Source: Christensenellales bacterium
GTDB taxonomy: Bacteria > Bacillota > Clostridia > Christensenellales > JBMNTQ01
Assembly: GCA_050945835.1 (NCBI GenBank)
Contig: JBMNTR010000010.1
Span: 24,805-88,804, forward strand
DNA: 64,000 nt
Reading direction: 5' to 3'
Below are positions 8,442 to 17,962 of the stretch, in pieces. The notes under the pieces were generated by a model. That model was given only the letters and a program-made list of their open reading frames with translations, was not told the origin of the DNA and searched no databases. How positions within the stretch are numbered: the first letter of the stretch is position 1; each line of letters starts with the position of its first letter. The position numbers and the translations under genes were made by a program.

Positions 8442-9617
8442 ATGTATTATCGGGTCAAGACGATGAATGCGATTTCAGATATCATACACAAGGAGCTTAC
8501 GCCGGACTATTATCAAGTCGGGCCGGATGTGGAGGACGCGCATGCGCTGTTGGTGCGCAGCCACAACTGCATGGATGTGGGCTTTTCTAAGAACCTAATG
8601 GCGATTGCGCGGGCGGGCGCCGGATACAACAACATCCCGGTAGACCGGTGCACAAAAGCGGGCATCGTCGTATTCAACACGCCGGGCGCAAACGCGAACG
8701 CTGTGAAGGAGCTGGTGCTGGGCCTGATGCTCGCTTCAGCGCGCAATGTCATACCCGGCACGCAATGGGTGCAGGCGCTTAAAGGGAAGGAGAATATCTC
8801 CAAGCTGGTAGAGAAGGGGAAAAGCCAGTTTGTCGGCCCGGAGCTGCGGGGCAAGAAGCTCGCCGTGGTGGGGCTGGGCGCGATCGGCGTGATGGTGGCC
8901 AATGCGGGCCACGCCATCAATATGGATGTGCACGGGTATGACCCGTTTTTGTCGGTGGAAGCGGCGTGGGGCGTTTCCCGGGCGATCCACCGCGCGAAGA
9001 AGCTGGAGGATATATTGCCGCAATGTGATTATGTGACGATACACGTGCCGGCAAACGAGAAAACGCGCGGCATGTTCAATGCGCAAGTGATCTCCGGCAT
9101 GAAGGACGGTGCAACACTGATCAATTTTGCCCGCAACGAAATTGTAGACACAGCCGCCGTAATCGACGCTGTAAACACAGGAAAACTACAGCGCTACATC
9201 ACCGATTTCCCCACCGAAGAGCTTTTGGGAAACGAAAACATACTCTGTGTTCCCCATCTGGGCGCTTCCACGCCCGAATCGGAAGAGAACTGTGCACAGA
9301 TGGCGGCACATCAACTATATGAATATCTGGAATATGGCAATATTACAAACTCGGTGAACTTCCCCTACTGCAATCTTCAGCATTCGGGACGGTTCAGACT
9401 CGCCATCATCCATCAGAATCTGCCCACCATGGTGAGCCAGATCACGGCGGCGGTTGCGCACAGAAATGCAAATATATCCGACATGATCAATAAGAGCAGG
9501 GGCGAGATCGCATACACCATACTGGACTTGGACGAACCGCTGAATGAAGAGACCATCAGCAGGCTGTATGGGATCGGCGGTATTATCCGCATCCGTGTGA
9601 TCGATGCAATGCGCTGA
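8442..9617 (+). CDS. serA: D-3-phosphoglycerate dehydrogenase with C-terminal ACT-like domain
   Basis: Rossmann motif VVGLGAIGVMVA, 2-hydroxyacid dehydrogenase core, and an ACT-like tail (FRLAIIHQNLPTMVSQITAAVA). The ATG at 8442 is preferred, with AAGGGTGG 7-8 nt upstream. The track start at 8433 is a GTG inside the SD. Confidence 0.8.
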   Translation: MYYRVKTMNAISDIIHKELTPDYYQVGPDVEDAHALLVRSHNCMDVGFSKNLMAIARAGAGYNNIPVDRCTKAGIVVFNTPGANANAVKELVLGLMLASARNVIPGTQWVQALKGKENISKLVEKGKSQFVGPELRGKKLAVVGLGAIGVMVANAGHAINMDVHGYDPFLSVEAAWGVSRAIHRAKKLEDILPQCDYVTIHVPANEKTRGMFNAQVISGMKDGATLINFARNEIVDTAAVIDAVNTGKLQRYITDFPTEELLGNENILCVPHLGASTPESEENCAQMAAHQLYEYLEYGNITNSVNFPYCNLQHSGRFRLAIIHQNLPTMVSQITAAVAHRNANISDMINKSRGEIAYTILDLDEPLNEETISRLYGIGGIIRIRVIDAMR

Positions 9618-9627
9618 GGCAAACACG

Positions 9628-9653
9628 ATCCCCTGCCAAGGCAGGGGATTTGC
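9628..9653 (+). terminator. probable intrinsic terminator after serA
   Basis: ATCCCCTGCC/GGCAGGGGAT GC-rich inverted repeat immediately after the serA stop, followed by TTTGCT. The loop is very small, so the top pairs must open. Confidence 0.5.
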
Positions 9654-9752
9654 TATGCAGAGGCGGTTTTGCGGCTTTTTGAAGGATGGCGGGACAGCCG
9701 TGTTGCGGCCCGTGCCATCTAAAAGCGGGCATGGGGGAGAAGAGGCACATAG

Positions 9753-10694
9753 ATGATAGACAACCTGATCACTTCACTCAACGTGGTTCTGCCCATGTTT
9801 CTGATGATGCTGCTGGGGTATCTGATGCGCAGAAGCAAGCTGGCGGACGCGAGCTTCATGAACAAGCTGAGCGCTGTTACTTTTCGTATCTTTTTGCCGT
9901 TGCTGCTGTTTACAAACCTGTATAATGCCGATCATACGGCCATCACAGACTGGCAGTTGATACTGTTCAGCACAGCGGGCATCATCGTGTCCTATGTGAT
10001 CACATGGATCGGTGTGGTGCTCGTCGAGAAGGATGACGACAAGCGCGGTGTGATGATACAGGGCATCTTTCGCAGCAATACGGCGATATTCGGCATGCCG
10101 GTATTGTTTGGGCTGTTTGGTGACGCGGGCGTTGCTTATGTGAGCGCTATGATGCTGGTGATTACACCGCTGTTCAATACGGGTTCTGTGTTCATATTCA
10201 GCGCTTATTCAAAAAAACGCGTGAGCATCAAGCATTCGATGATCGCAGTTATGAAAAATCCGCTCATCATTGGCACGATCCTGGGCGTAGCGGCGCTGCT
10301 TTCCGGTATTCGGTTTCCTGTCTTTCTGGAGCGGACGTTTACGGATTTGTCAAGGGTGGCTACACCCTTGGCCATCATCGCGCTGGGCGGCACATTTTCT
10401 TTCAAGAGCATCGCTAAGGCCAAGCGTCAGCTGGCCATCGTGATGGTGGGCAGACTGCTGGTGATACCGCTTATCTTCCTGCCTATAGGGGTTGCGCTGG
10501 GCATACGGGACGTGCGGCTGGCCGCACTGGTGACGGTGTTTGCGTCCCCCACGGCGGTGTCGAGCTTTGTGGTCGCAAAACAGGCCGGAGCCGACGCAGA
10601 GCTAGCGGGGAATATCGTGGTGTTTACGTCCATCGCCTCCATTGCCACGGTGTTCATGTTTATCTTCCTGTTGCGGCAATTGGGCTTTATGTAG
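9753..10694 (+). CDS. AEC (auxin efflux carrier) family transporter
   Basis: 313 aa, about 10 TM segments. The N-terminus MIDNLITSLNVVLPMFLMMLLGY and overall layout are typical of AEC permeases. Confidence 0.75.
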   Translation: MIDNLITSLNVVLPMFLMMLLGYLMRRSKLADASFMNKLSAVTFRIFLPLLLFTNLYNADHTAITDWQLILFSTAGIIVSYVITWIGVVLVEKDDDKRGVMIQGIFRSNTAIFGMPVLFGLFGDAGVAYVSAMMLVITPLFNTGSVFIFSAYSKKRVSIKHSMIAVMKNPLIIGTILGVAALLSGIRFPVFLERTFTDLSRVATPLAIIALGGTFSFKSIAKAKRQLAIVMVGRLLVIPLIFLPIGVALGIRDVRLAALVTVFASPTAVSSFVVAKQAGADAELAGNIVVFTSIASIATVFMFIFLLRQLGFM

Positions 10695-10744
10695 GCAGCA
10701 GAACGAACGAATCGACGAAAATTTAGTGTGAGGAGTGCATCAAA

Positions 10745-12139
10745 ATGATGAAGAATAATGAATATGATGTTGCGATCATCGGCGGGGGTATCAGCGGGAT
10801 TATGGCGGCACACCGCCTGTATCAGAACGACCCTTCGCTGAAAATATGTGTCATCGAAAAAGGGCATCCGATTGAGAAGCGTATATGCCCCATCATCAAA
10901 AAGCAGATTCAGAGCTGTGTGAAGTGCGCGTGCTGCGCGATCATGGAAGGCATGGCGGGCGCCGGCGCATTTTCGGACGGGAAATATGTGATTTCCACGG
11001 AATACGGCGGCTGGCTGACGGATTTTTTAACCCCGGAGACGGTGATCGACTATATCGAGCAGGCGGATGCGATGCTGGTTGCGCACGGCGCCACGACCGA
11101 ACGGTTTATGCCGGATGACGCGCTTAAAAAGCTGGCGCTGCAGCACGATTTGCACATGAGTCAGGCGCAGTTGAAGCATCTGGGAACGGATTCCAATTTC
11201 AATACCATGCGCAGCATGATTGAGGAATTGAAGGATGAAGCGGAAATTCAAACGGATACGGAGGCGATGGATGTCGATCCGCATACCAAAGAGATCACAT
11301 TGTGCAAAAAAGGTGAAACACAAACCATACGTGCCAATATCATCATATTCGCCGTGGGCCGCGCGGGCAGCCGGTTTTTTGCCAAGTGGTGCGCGAAAAA
11401 CGGGATACCGTTGCAGAACAACCAGGTGGATGTCGGTGTGCGTGTGGAGCTGCCTTCTGTCATATGGGAGGATTTTTCCAAACGGATCTATGAGCCGAAA
11501 ATCTGGCATCGAAGCAAGCAATACGGCGATACGACGCGAATGTTTTGTTTCAATGAATGCGGAAATGTTGTGACAGAGAACACCGGCGGTGTTTTGACCG
11601 TCAACGGCCACGCCTACCGAGATGAAAAACGCAAGACACAGAATTCCAATTTTGCGCTTTTGTCTACCATACGTTTTACGCAGCCGTTCCGTGAGCCGAT
11701 TGAATATGCGCGCCATGTGGCGAGCTTGGCGAACCTGATCAGCGGGGGCAGTGTGCTGGTGCAGCGGCTGGGCGATCTTGAGCTGGGCCGGCGCACGGAC
11801 GACAAGCGGCTGCGCCAAAGCACAACGCGGCCAACCCTGAGCGCAGTGACAGGGGATTTAAGCCTGTGCATGCCTAAGCGTCAGCTGGATAATATCATCG
11901 AAACGCTGCACGCGCTGGATCAAATCGCGCCGGGTACCGCAAACTACGATACGCTGCTCTATGGCGTAGAGTGCAAATATTACTCGGCGCGGCCTGATGC
12001 TGTGGATTTTTGCCTGAGCGGGCTGGAGAACATCTATGCGATTGGCGATGGTGCAGGCTTTACGCGCTCGTTGTCCCAGGCTGCCGCCAACGGGCTGTAT
12101 GTAGCGGATAAAATTTCTAAAAATAATATTCGGCTTTGA
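10745..12139 (+). CDS. FAD-dependent protein (COG2509-like uncharacterised dehydrogenase)
   Basis: 464 aa with the dinucleotide fold YDVAIIGGGISGIMAA at the N-terminus and a C-terminal IYAIGDGAGFTRSLSQAAANG motif. Confidence 0.7.
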   Translation: MMKNNEYDVAIIGGGISGIMAAHRLYQNDPSLKICVIEKGHPIEKRICPIIKKQIQSCVKCACCAIMEGMAGAGAFSDGKYVISTEYGGWLTDFLTPETVIDYIEQADAMLVAHGATTERFMPDDALKKLALQHDLHMSQAQLKHLGTDSNFNTMRSMIEELKDEAEIQTDTEAMDVDPHTKEITLCKKGETQTIRANIIIFAVGRAGSRFFAKWCAKNGIPLQNNQVDVGVRVELPSVIWEDFSKRIYEPKIWHRSKQYGDTTRMFCFNECGNVVTENTGGVLTVNGHAYRDEKRKTQNSNFALLSTIRFTQPFREPIEYARHVASLANLISGGSVLVQRLGDLELGRRTDDKRLRQSTTRPTLSAVTGDLSLCMPKRQLDNIIETLHALDQIAPGTANYDTLLYGVECKYYSARPDAVDFCLSGLENIYAIGDGAGFTRSLSQAAANGLYVADKISKNNIRL

Positions 12140-12163
12140 CTTACGCATGATGTGTGATAAAAT
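12136..12163 (+). promoter_or_regulatory. extended -10 promoter upstream of dfx (TTGACT-16 nt-TGaTAAAAT)
   Basis: -35 TTGACT at 12136-12141, a 16-nt spacer ending in TG-n, and -10 TAAAAT at 12158-12163, 43 nt before the dfx ATG. Confidence 0.5.
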
Positions 12164-12205
12164 ACATACATCGGTATATATCTATTATGAATTTTTTAGG
12201 AGGGA

Positions 12206-12601
12206 ATGGATATGAAAACCAGATTTTATTATTGTGAACTGTGCGGCAATATCGTGGATCTCATCAAGGGTGACGGCAGCAGGCTCGTATGCTGCGGACA
12301 ATCTATGACCAACATGGTGGCGAATACGGTGGATGCTGCGGTTGAAAAGCATAAGCCGGTGGTGGAATGTGTCGATGGGAAAACCATCGTGAAAGTGGGC
12401 AGCGCGCCTCACCCCATGATCGAAGAGCATTATATAGAATGGGTCTACGTCGAAGGCTGCGATAAAGCCCAGAGGATATGCCTCAAGCCGGGGCAAGAAC
12501 CCGAGACGTTTGTCTGTGAAGATCTTTGCACCTGCGGCAAAGAAGAGTGCAAAGCGGATGTCTATGCCTATTGCAACCTGCATGGGCTGTGGAAGGCTTA
12601 A
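12206..12601 (+). CDS. dfx: desulfoferrodoxin (2Fe superoxide reductase)
   Basis: 131 aa with an N-terminal desulforedoxin Cys cluster (CELCGN...VCCGQSM) and the SOR domain (EKHKPV, HPMIEEHYIEWV, CNLHGLW). Strong SD AGGAGGG. Confidence 0.85.
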   Translation: MDMKTRFYYCELCGNIVDLIKGDGSRLVCCGQSMTNMVANTVDAAVEKHKPVVECVDGKTIVKVGSAPHPMIEEHYIEWVYVEGCDKAQRICLKPGQEPETFVCEDLCTCGKEECKADVYAYCNLHGLWKA

Positions 12602-12693
12602 TCCGAAAGAAAAATGCGAAAGCGTAACCGCACTGCATGATCTTCGAAGAAGCGCATAAAGACAAAAGAACTTAAAAACTGTTGCATAAAGAA

Positions 12694-12721
12694 AAGCGGC
12701 TATCCTGTTTGGAAGCCGCTT
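12694..12721. terminator. bidirectional hairpin between convergent dfx and the surface-protein gene
   Basis: AAGCGGCT/AGCCGCTT 8-bp stem with a 12-nt loop. T-rich tracts follow on both strands (GATCTTTT on +, TTCTTTAT on -). Confidence 0.5.
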
Positions 12722-12763
12722 GATCTTTTGGATGGACTGTTTGGATCGGAGGGACATATTCTG

Positions 12764-14980
12764 CTATCTATAGATACCGGCCCCATCCAGCATGACATAC
12801 TGGCCCTTTTTTAAAGTGACAGGTACTTTTCTTAAGGAAGGGTAGTATGCGGCAGTATACTTTTCTGTAAACGCCAGGGAGCAAACCAGACTTTTTCTGG
12901 TGTAGCGCGCGTCATCCCAGATTTCAAACAGGCCTATGTCGTCATTGCGCGCAATATAGTAAGTCCCGGCGGGCAGGTCTTTTCCTACGATAATCCATCT
13001 GTTGCGGAAAAGAGGGCCGCTGGTGCTGGCTTTTGGCCGGGGGATATCCTTGGTCAGCGCGGCGTCACAGTCAAAAAGGAGAAGATATTCGCCGGACCTC
13101 ACTTCAACAGGGGTCTCCATGTAAATGTAGCGCTCGGTGATCACATTGAAATATCTGTCCAAAATCACAAATAAGGCACCGCCCTTTTTGCCGGGCGGAT
13201 AAAGATTATAAAGGCCCGCGGGCATGTCGGTGCCAACATGATACCAGCTTCCGTCGCTGCTGCCTTTATAGTATTTCACGACCTTTTGACCGACAGCGCT
13301 TGAGGCACTGCCGTAATAGTTCTTGCCGCCGACCGTCTTATATGAGCGGATCTTGTAGTAGAAGGTGGTCGTCTTGCTTAAAGAGGGCTGATCTGTGTAT
13401 TGCAGAGTCGAATTGCCGGATATTGTCTTGATCAGGCTGTATTTGCCCCCTTTGCTGGATGCGCGGTAGATCTGGTAGCCTGTCGCGGTGATGGTTTTTT
13501 TCCAAGTCAGCTTAACACCGGTTTTACCGGAGGCTGCGGCCTTCAAGCTGCCCGGCGTATTGGGCTTGGTTACGATGCCTTTGGGATTGCTGTCCAGGCT
13601 GTTGGCTGCGGACGCTTTGCTGTAATAGGCTCTGATTTTGTAGTAATAGGTCTTGCTGGGAGAAATGGTTTTATCAATATACGATAAAGACGCTCCGCCC
13701 TTTACGGTGGCAATTCTGGAATAGGTGCCGTTTTTAGAGGTGGAGCGGTATACATAATAGCCGCCTGCGCCGGCAACTTTACCCCATTTAATACTCACCT
13801 GTTTGTTGGTAGCCGAAGCGCTGGCCACTTTGGGGGTGGAAAGCCTTCCGCGGGCGCTGACTGTCTTGCTCGTGATATAGGAGGAAGGGTCGGGTGCTAA
13901 GGCGCGCACACGGAAATAATACGTGGTGCCGGCGGTGAGCTTGCTTGCCGTATAGCTCGTGCCTGTTACGGTGGCGATCTTTTTATAGCCGCTGGTGCTC
14001 TTGGTGGATCGGTAGATCTCATATTTTGCGGCCCCCGCAACCTTGCCCCAAGTCAGCTTGACGGAAGTCAAAGAGGCGGTCACAGCTTTCGCGACCGGCT
14101 GTGCCAGTTTGACATTTACGGTGCAGGTTTTCTTCTTGCCGCTGCCGTCTTTCGCGGTGACGGTGATGGTGGCTTTGCCTACTTTGAGCCCCTTGACCGT
14201 GCCGGCGGTGGTGACGGTGGCGATGCTTGTGTTGGAGGATTTATAGGTCACACCCTTATTGGAAGCATCATTGGGCAGCACGGTAGCGGTCAGCTTTTCG
14301 CTCTTTCCGACATAGATCGTCATGCTGGTCTTGTTGAGCGAAACGGAGGTCGCCAACTGCTTGACTGTCACCTCACAGATCTGCTTGACGGACGGGTTTG
14401 CAGCGAGTGCTGCGGTGATGGTGGCTGTGCCTGCCTTCACGCCTGTCACCAGCCCGCTTGCTGGGTCTACCTTCGCTACAGACGGCTTCGACGATGTGTA
14501 GGCGACGACTGCGCCGGCTGGTGTGCTCTCGGCGGAAAGCTGCAGTGTTTTGCCTGTGTAGATGGTTGCACGCGTATGATTCAGCGTGATGTTTTCCGCC
14601 AAGACTTCCAAAGTATACCCTTTGTCCGTGGCAAAGGCGGCGGCTGCAGAACCGGTGTATGCGTAGATCTTCTGCAATACCGTGCAGGCGGAAAACGCGT
14701 CGTCATGTATGCTGGTTACGCTGCGCGGGATGGTGACCGCTTGAAGCTGCGTGCATTCCAGCAGAACTGTGTCGTCGATATTCGTTATGCCGTCGTCGAT
14801 ATACAGGTGTGTGACCGTATCCTTAGCCACAGGTTCGCCCTTCTGCATGCCTCCATAGTCGTAAATTTCACCATCCGAGCACAACAACCCCTGCACGTCG
14901 CCCTCCCCCAACACCGACAGCGGTGCAGCCAGCAACACGAACAACAGGGCTAAGAGAGCCGTTAGTATCCGCTTTGTCAT
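12764..14980 (-). CDS. secreted surface protein: BspA-type LRR + 3x Big_2 + 3x FN3 + duplicated unknown C-terminal module
   Basis: Signal peptide (MTKRILTALLALLFVLLAAPLSVLG). Three units of LxLNxTxxTIYxGKxxxLxA type match Big_2. Three units of WxKVAGAxxYxIYRS...YYFxxRA type match FN3. The ATG at 14980 is preferred, with AAGGTGG 8 nt upstream. Confidence 0.7.
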   Translation of the reverse strand: MTKRILTALLALLFVLLAAPLSVLGEGDVQGLLCSDGEIYDYGGMQKGEPVAKDTVTHLYIDDGITNIDDTVLLECTQLQAVTIPRSVTSIHDDAFSACTVLQKIYAYTGSAAAAFATDKGYTLEVLAENITLNHTRATIYTGKTLQLSAESTPAGAVVAYTSSKPSVAKVDPASGLVTGVKAGTATITAALAANPSVKQICEVTVKQLATSVSLNKTSMTIYVGKSEKLTATVLPNDASNKGVTYKSSNTSIATVTTAGTVKGLKVGKATITVTAKDGSGKKKTCTVNVKLAQPVAKAVTASLTSVKLTWGKVAGAAKYEIYRSTKSTSGYKKIATVTGTSYTASKLTAGTTYYFRVRALAPDPSSYITSKTVSARGRLSTPKVASASATNKQVSIKWGKVAGAGGYYVYRSTSKNGTYSRIATVKGGASLSYIDKTISPSKTYYYKIRAYYSKASAANSLDSNPKGIVTKPNTPGSLKAAASGKTGVKLTWKKTITATGYQIYRASSKGGKYSLIKTISGNSTLQYTDQPSLSKTTTFYYKIRSYKTVGGKNYYGSASSAVGQKVVKYYKGSSDGSWYHVGTDMPAGLYNLYPPGKKGGALFVILDRYFNVITERYIYMETPVEVRSGEYLLLFDCDAALTKDIPRPKASTSGPLFRNRWIIVGKDLPAGTYYIARNDDIGLFEIWDDARYTRKSLVCSLAFTEKYTAAYYPSLRKVPVTLKKGQYVMLDGAGIYR

Positions 14981-15181
14981 GAAAATAACCACCTTTCTTT
15001 CGCTATAAATTTATTGAAAATAGATAAAAAACGGAATATGGGGACGCTTAGCGCAATTTAAGCATCTGTAAGGGTGTGATCCATATATGAAACTATTTGA
15101 TTGATTAATTTATTTTAGCGTATCCTCCATTGGTTTGCAACCTGCACGGTCAAAAATTCACAACAGCCGTTTTTTTAGAAG

Positions 15182-15210
15182 TTGACAAAGGGAATTAGGG
15201 CGATTATAAT
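15182..15210 (+). promoter_or_regulatory. consensus sigma-A promoter of the fab operon (TTGACA-17 nt-TATAAT)
   Basis: Perfect -35 TTGACA (15182-15187), a 17-nt spacer and perfect -10 TATAAT (15205-15210), 39 nt upstream of the MarR-family gene. Confidence 0.65.
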
Positions 15211-15248
15211 CATTTTGATTAGATAAACTAACTAACTATTGGAGAAGA

Positions 15249-15695
15249 ATGATGCTGGATGAGTATTCCAAACTGGTGAATACAACTTTCAACGATATCT
15301 ACGAAGCGATCCAACGCGTCGAGCAGCAGATGCTTAAGAGCACAAAGCTGGATTTGAGCATCAGCGAGCTGAACATACTAGAGACCATCCGCAAGGCAAA
15401 CTGCAAAGGATGCTCTGTCAGCGAGATTGCCCGGGCACAGAATGTCACGCTGCCCACCATCACCGTCGCCATCAAGCGGCTGGAGGCGAAAGGGTATGTG
15501 GAAAAAGTGCGTTCACAGGAAGACGGTCGCATGGTGAGCATCCGGCTGAGCAGGCAGGGCGAAAAGGCGGATGCGGCGCACCGTTATTTTCATGAGCAGA
15601 TGATACGCGCGTTCTTGAAAGATGTCGGACAAAAGGATCGCGTGGTGGTACTGAGTGCGCTGAAAAACCTGAGCGCCTTTTTAAACCAGGTCTAG
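15249..15695 (+). CDS. MarR family transcriptional regulator (FabT-like by position)
   Basis: 148 aa with a winged-HTH MarR core (LSISELNILETIRKA...VSEIARAQNVTLPTITVAIKRLEAKGYVEK). It is the first gene of a fabH-acpP-fabK cluster, the position FabT occupies in streptococci. Confidence 0.7.
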   Translation: MMLDEYSKLVNTTFNDIYEAIQRVEQQMLKSTKLDLSISELNILETIRKANCKGCSVSEIARAQNVTLPTITVAIKRLEAKGYVEKVRSQEDGRMVSIRLSRQGEKADAAHRYFHEQMIRAFLKDVGQKDRVVVLSALKNLSAFLNQV

Positions 15696-15760
15696 GCCGT
15701 AGTAAGACACAGGTGCTTTGGGCAAACACTGGGGGCGGACGCCCGGAAAAGAGGGGACAC

Positions 15761-16711
15761 ATGAGAATCATCGGGACCGGCAGCGCGCTGCCGGAATTGG
15801 TTGTAAATAATGATATGTTGGCGGAATTCCTGAACACGAGTGATGAATGGATCAGCACGAGGACCGGCATTAAAACGAGAAAAATACTCTCGGAGGAGAC
15901 GCTCGAAGAATTGGCGGCCGAAGCAGCAAAAAAGGCGCTTGAGAATGCGGGAGTTGCGCCTGATGAATTAGATTTTATCATTTGCTCGAATGTATACAAC
16001 ACATACTTAACACCGGGGCTGGGCAGCATCATACAGGGCATGATCGGGGCACAGTGTCCCTGCGTCGATATCAACGGCGCGTGTGCGGGATTCATATTCG
16101 CGCTGCATATAGCGAAGGGGTATCTGTCGTTGGGCATGCAAAACGTATTGGTGGTCTGCGCCGAGGGCATGAGCAAGATGGTGGACTGGACAGACCGCGC
16201 CACCTGCGTGCTGTTTGGCGATGGCGCGGGTGCGGCGGTACTCACAGAGGATGACACGCCCGTATCCTTCAAGCTGGCCACAGAATCGAAAAAGGAGTTC
16301 CTTTACGGCATCAATCCGCCGGGAAACTGCCCGTATACCAAGCATGAACCGGAACGGCGGCCTATCTATATGGCAGGCCAGGAGGTATTCCGATTTGCGG
16401 TGGGCCAGGCGTCGGAACAGATAAAAGACTTGCTCAAATCGAATGGCGTGCAGACTGACGAGGTCAGCTATTACTTGCTGCACCAAGCGAATCTGCGTAT
16501 TTTACAGGCGATGCGCACACGATTGAATATACCGGAAGAAAAACTTCCCTATAACATCGATCACTGCGGCAATACGTCGTCTGCCAGCATCCCGCTGCTG
16601 CTGGACGAATGCAACCAAAAGGGCATGCTAAAAAAAGGCGATTTGATCGTGATGAGCGCATTTGGCGCGGGCATGGTGACCGGTTCCTGCCTGATACGCT
16701 GGATGGTATGA
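15761..16711 (+). CDS. fabH: 3-oxoacyl-ACP synthase III
   Basis: MRIIGTGSALPE start with SD GAGGGG. Active-site context DINGACAGFIFAL, with HQANLRI and GNTSSASIP motifs. The track start at 15713 looks like an upstream extension. Confidence 0.9.
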   Translation: MRIIGTGSALPELVVNNDMLAEFLNTSDEWISTRTGIKTRKILSEETLEELAAEAAKKALENAGVAPDELDFIICSNVYNTYLTPGLGSIIQGMIGAQCPCVDINGACAGFIFALHIAKGYLSLGMQNVLVVCAEGMSKMVDWTDRATCVLFGDGAGAAVLTEDDTPVSFKLATESKKEFLYGINPPGNCPYTKHEPERRPIYMAGQEVFRFAVGQASEQIKDLLKSNGVQTDEVSYYLLHQANLRILQAMRTRLNIPEEKLPYNIDHCGNTSSASIPLLLDECNQKGMLKKGDLIVMSAFGAGMVTGSCLIRWMV

Positions 16712-16790
16712 CAAGGGGCGGAAATTGCCCCGCTTAGATGGAGAGATTACCAGGTAATCTGATGAATTATATTTTTTTGGAGGTAATAAA

Positions 16791-17012
16791 ATGACATTTG
16801 AAAAAGTAGCGAAGATTGTAGCGGATCACCTTGACAAGGACGTAAGCGAACTCACCCCGCAGAGCACGTTCGAAAGCCTGGGGCTGGATTCTTTGGACAC
16901 GGTGGAAATCGTGATGGCCATCGAAGATGAATTCGACATCAGCATCGAGATGGATACATCCATACAGTGCATGGCGGATCTGGTAGCCGTGATTGACGGA
17001 GGACAAAAGTGA
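16791..17012 (+). CDS. acpP: acyl carrier protein
   Basis: 73 aa with the phosphopantetheine site LGLDSLDTVEIVMAIEDEF. SD GGAGGT. Confidence 0.9.
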   Translation: MTFEKVAKIVADHLDKDVSELTPQSTFESLGLDSLDTVEIVMAIEDEFDISIEMDTSIQCMADLVAVIDGGQK

Positions 17013-17962
17013 TGATCCATACGCCGGTATGCGATTTATTCAGGATCACGCATCCCATCATACAGGGCGGCATGGCGTGGGTGTCCAACGCTTCGCTGGC
17101 CAGCGCCGTGACGAACGCGGGAGGGCTGGGTGTGATTGCGGCTATGAACGCAGGCCCCGACTATCTGCGCGAGGAGATCGCCAAATGCAGGCGCGCGGTC
17201 AACGACCGCTCGTTTGCGGTGAACGTTATGCTGATGAGCCCGTATGCGGACGAAGTGGCGCAGGTGGTGATGGAGGAGAAAGTACCCATCGTGATCACAG
17301 GTGCAGGGTTGCCTACCAAATACATGAAAGACTGGATCGAAGCCGGTATACAGGTGGTGCCGGTGGTGCCTTCTGTGGCCGTTGCGCGCAGGGTGGAACG
17401 CTTTGGCGCGTGCGCAGTGATCGCGGAAGGCGGTGAGGCAGGCGGGCATGTGGGTGATCTATCCACTATGACGCTGGTGCCGCAGGTGTGCGACGCGGTG
17501 CACGTTCCTGTCATCGCGGCGGGCGGCATTGCGGACGGGCGCGGTATTGCTGCTTCGTTCATGCTGGGGGCAGAAGGCGTACAATGCGGAACAAGGTTCT
17601 TGACGGCGTACGAATGCGAGATCCACCCGAACTATAAGGCGCGGGTGCTCAAAGCGAAGGACATCGACACCATGACCACGGGCAAACGGCTGGGGCATCC
17701 GGTGCGTGCGCTCAAGAGCGCTTTTACCCGCAAGTTCAATGAGATGGAGTATGACAACTCCATCACCAACGAGGAGATCGAAAAATATGGTGCCGGATCG
17801 ATGCGCGCGGCCGCTGTGGAGGGCGATGAGGATCATGGAAGCTTTATGGCGGGCCAGATCGCCGCTCTGGTCAACGATGAGAAGAGTGCGAAGGCGATCA
17901 TAGAGGATATGTTTGCGCATGCACAAACCATACTCGAAGGAGCAGGCAAATGGATAAAGTAG
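17012..17962 (+). CDS. fabK: enoyl-ACP reductase II (FMN-dependent, nitronate monooxygenase fold)
   Basis: THPIIQGGMAWVSNASLASAVTNAGGLGVI, VIAEGGEAGGHVG and IAAGGIADGRG motifs. The ATG at 17012 overlaps the acpP stop (TGATG). Confidence 0.85.
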   Translation: MIHTPVCDLFRITHPIIQGGMAWVSNASLASAVTNAGGLGVIAAMNAGPDYLREEIAKCRRAVNDRSFAVNVMLMSPYADEVAQVVMEEKVPIVITGAGLPTKYMKDWIEAGIQVVPVVPSVAVARRVERFGACAVIAEGGEAGGHVGDLSTMTLVPQVCDAVHVPVIAAGGIADGRGIAASFMLGAEGVQCGTRFLTAYECEIHPNYKARVLKAKDIDTMTTGKRLGHPVRALKSAFTRKFNEMEYDNSITNEEIEKYGAGSMRAAAVEGDEDHGSFMAGQIAALVNDEKSAKAIIEDMFAHAQTILEGAGKWIK

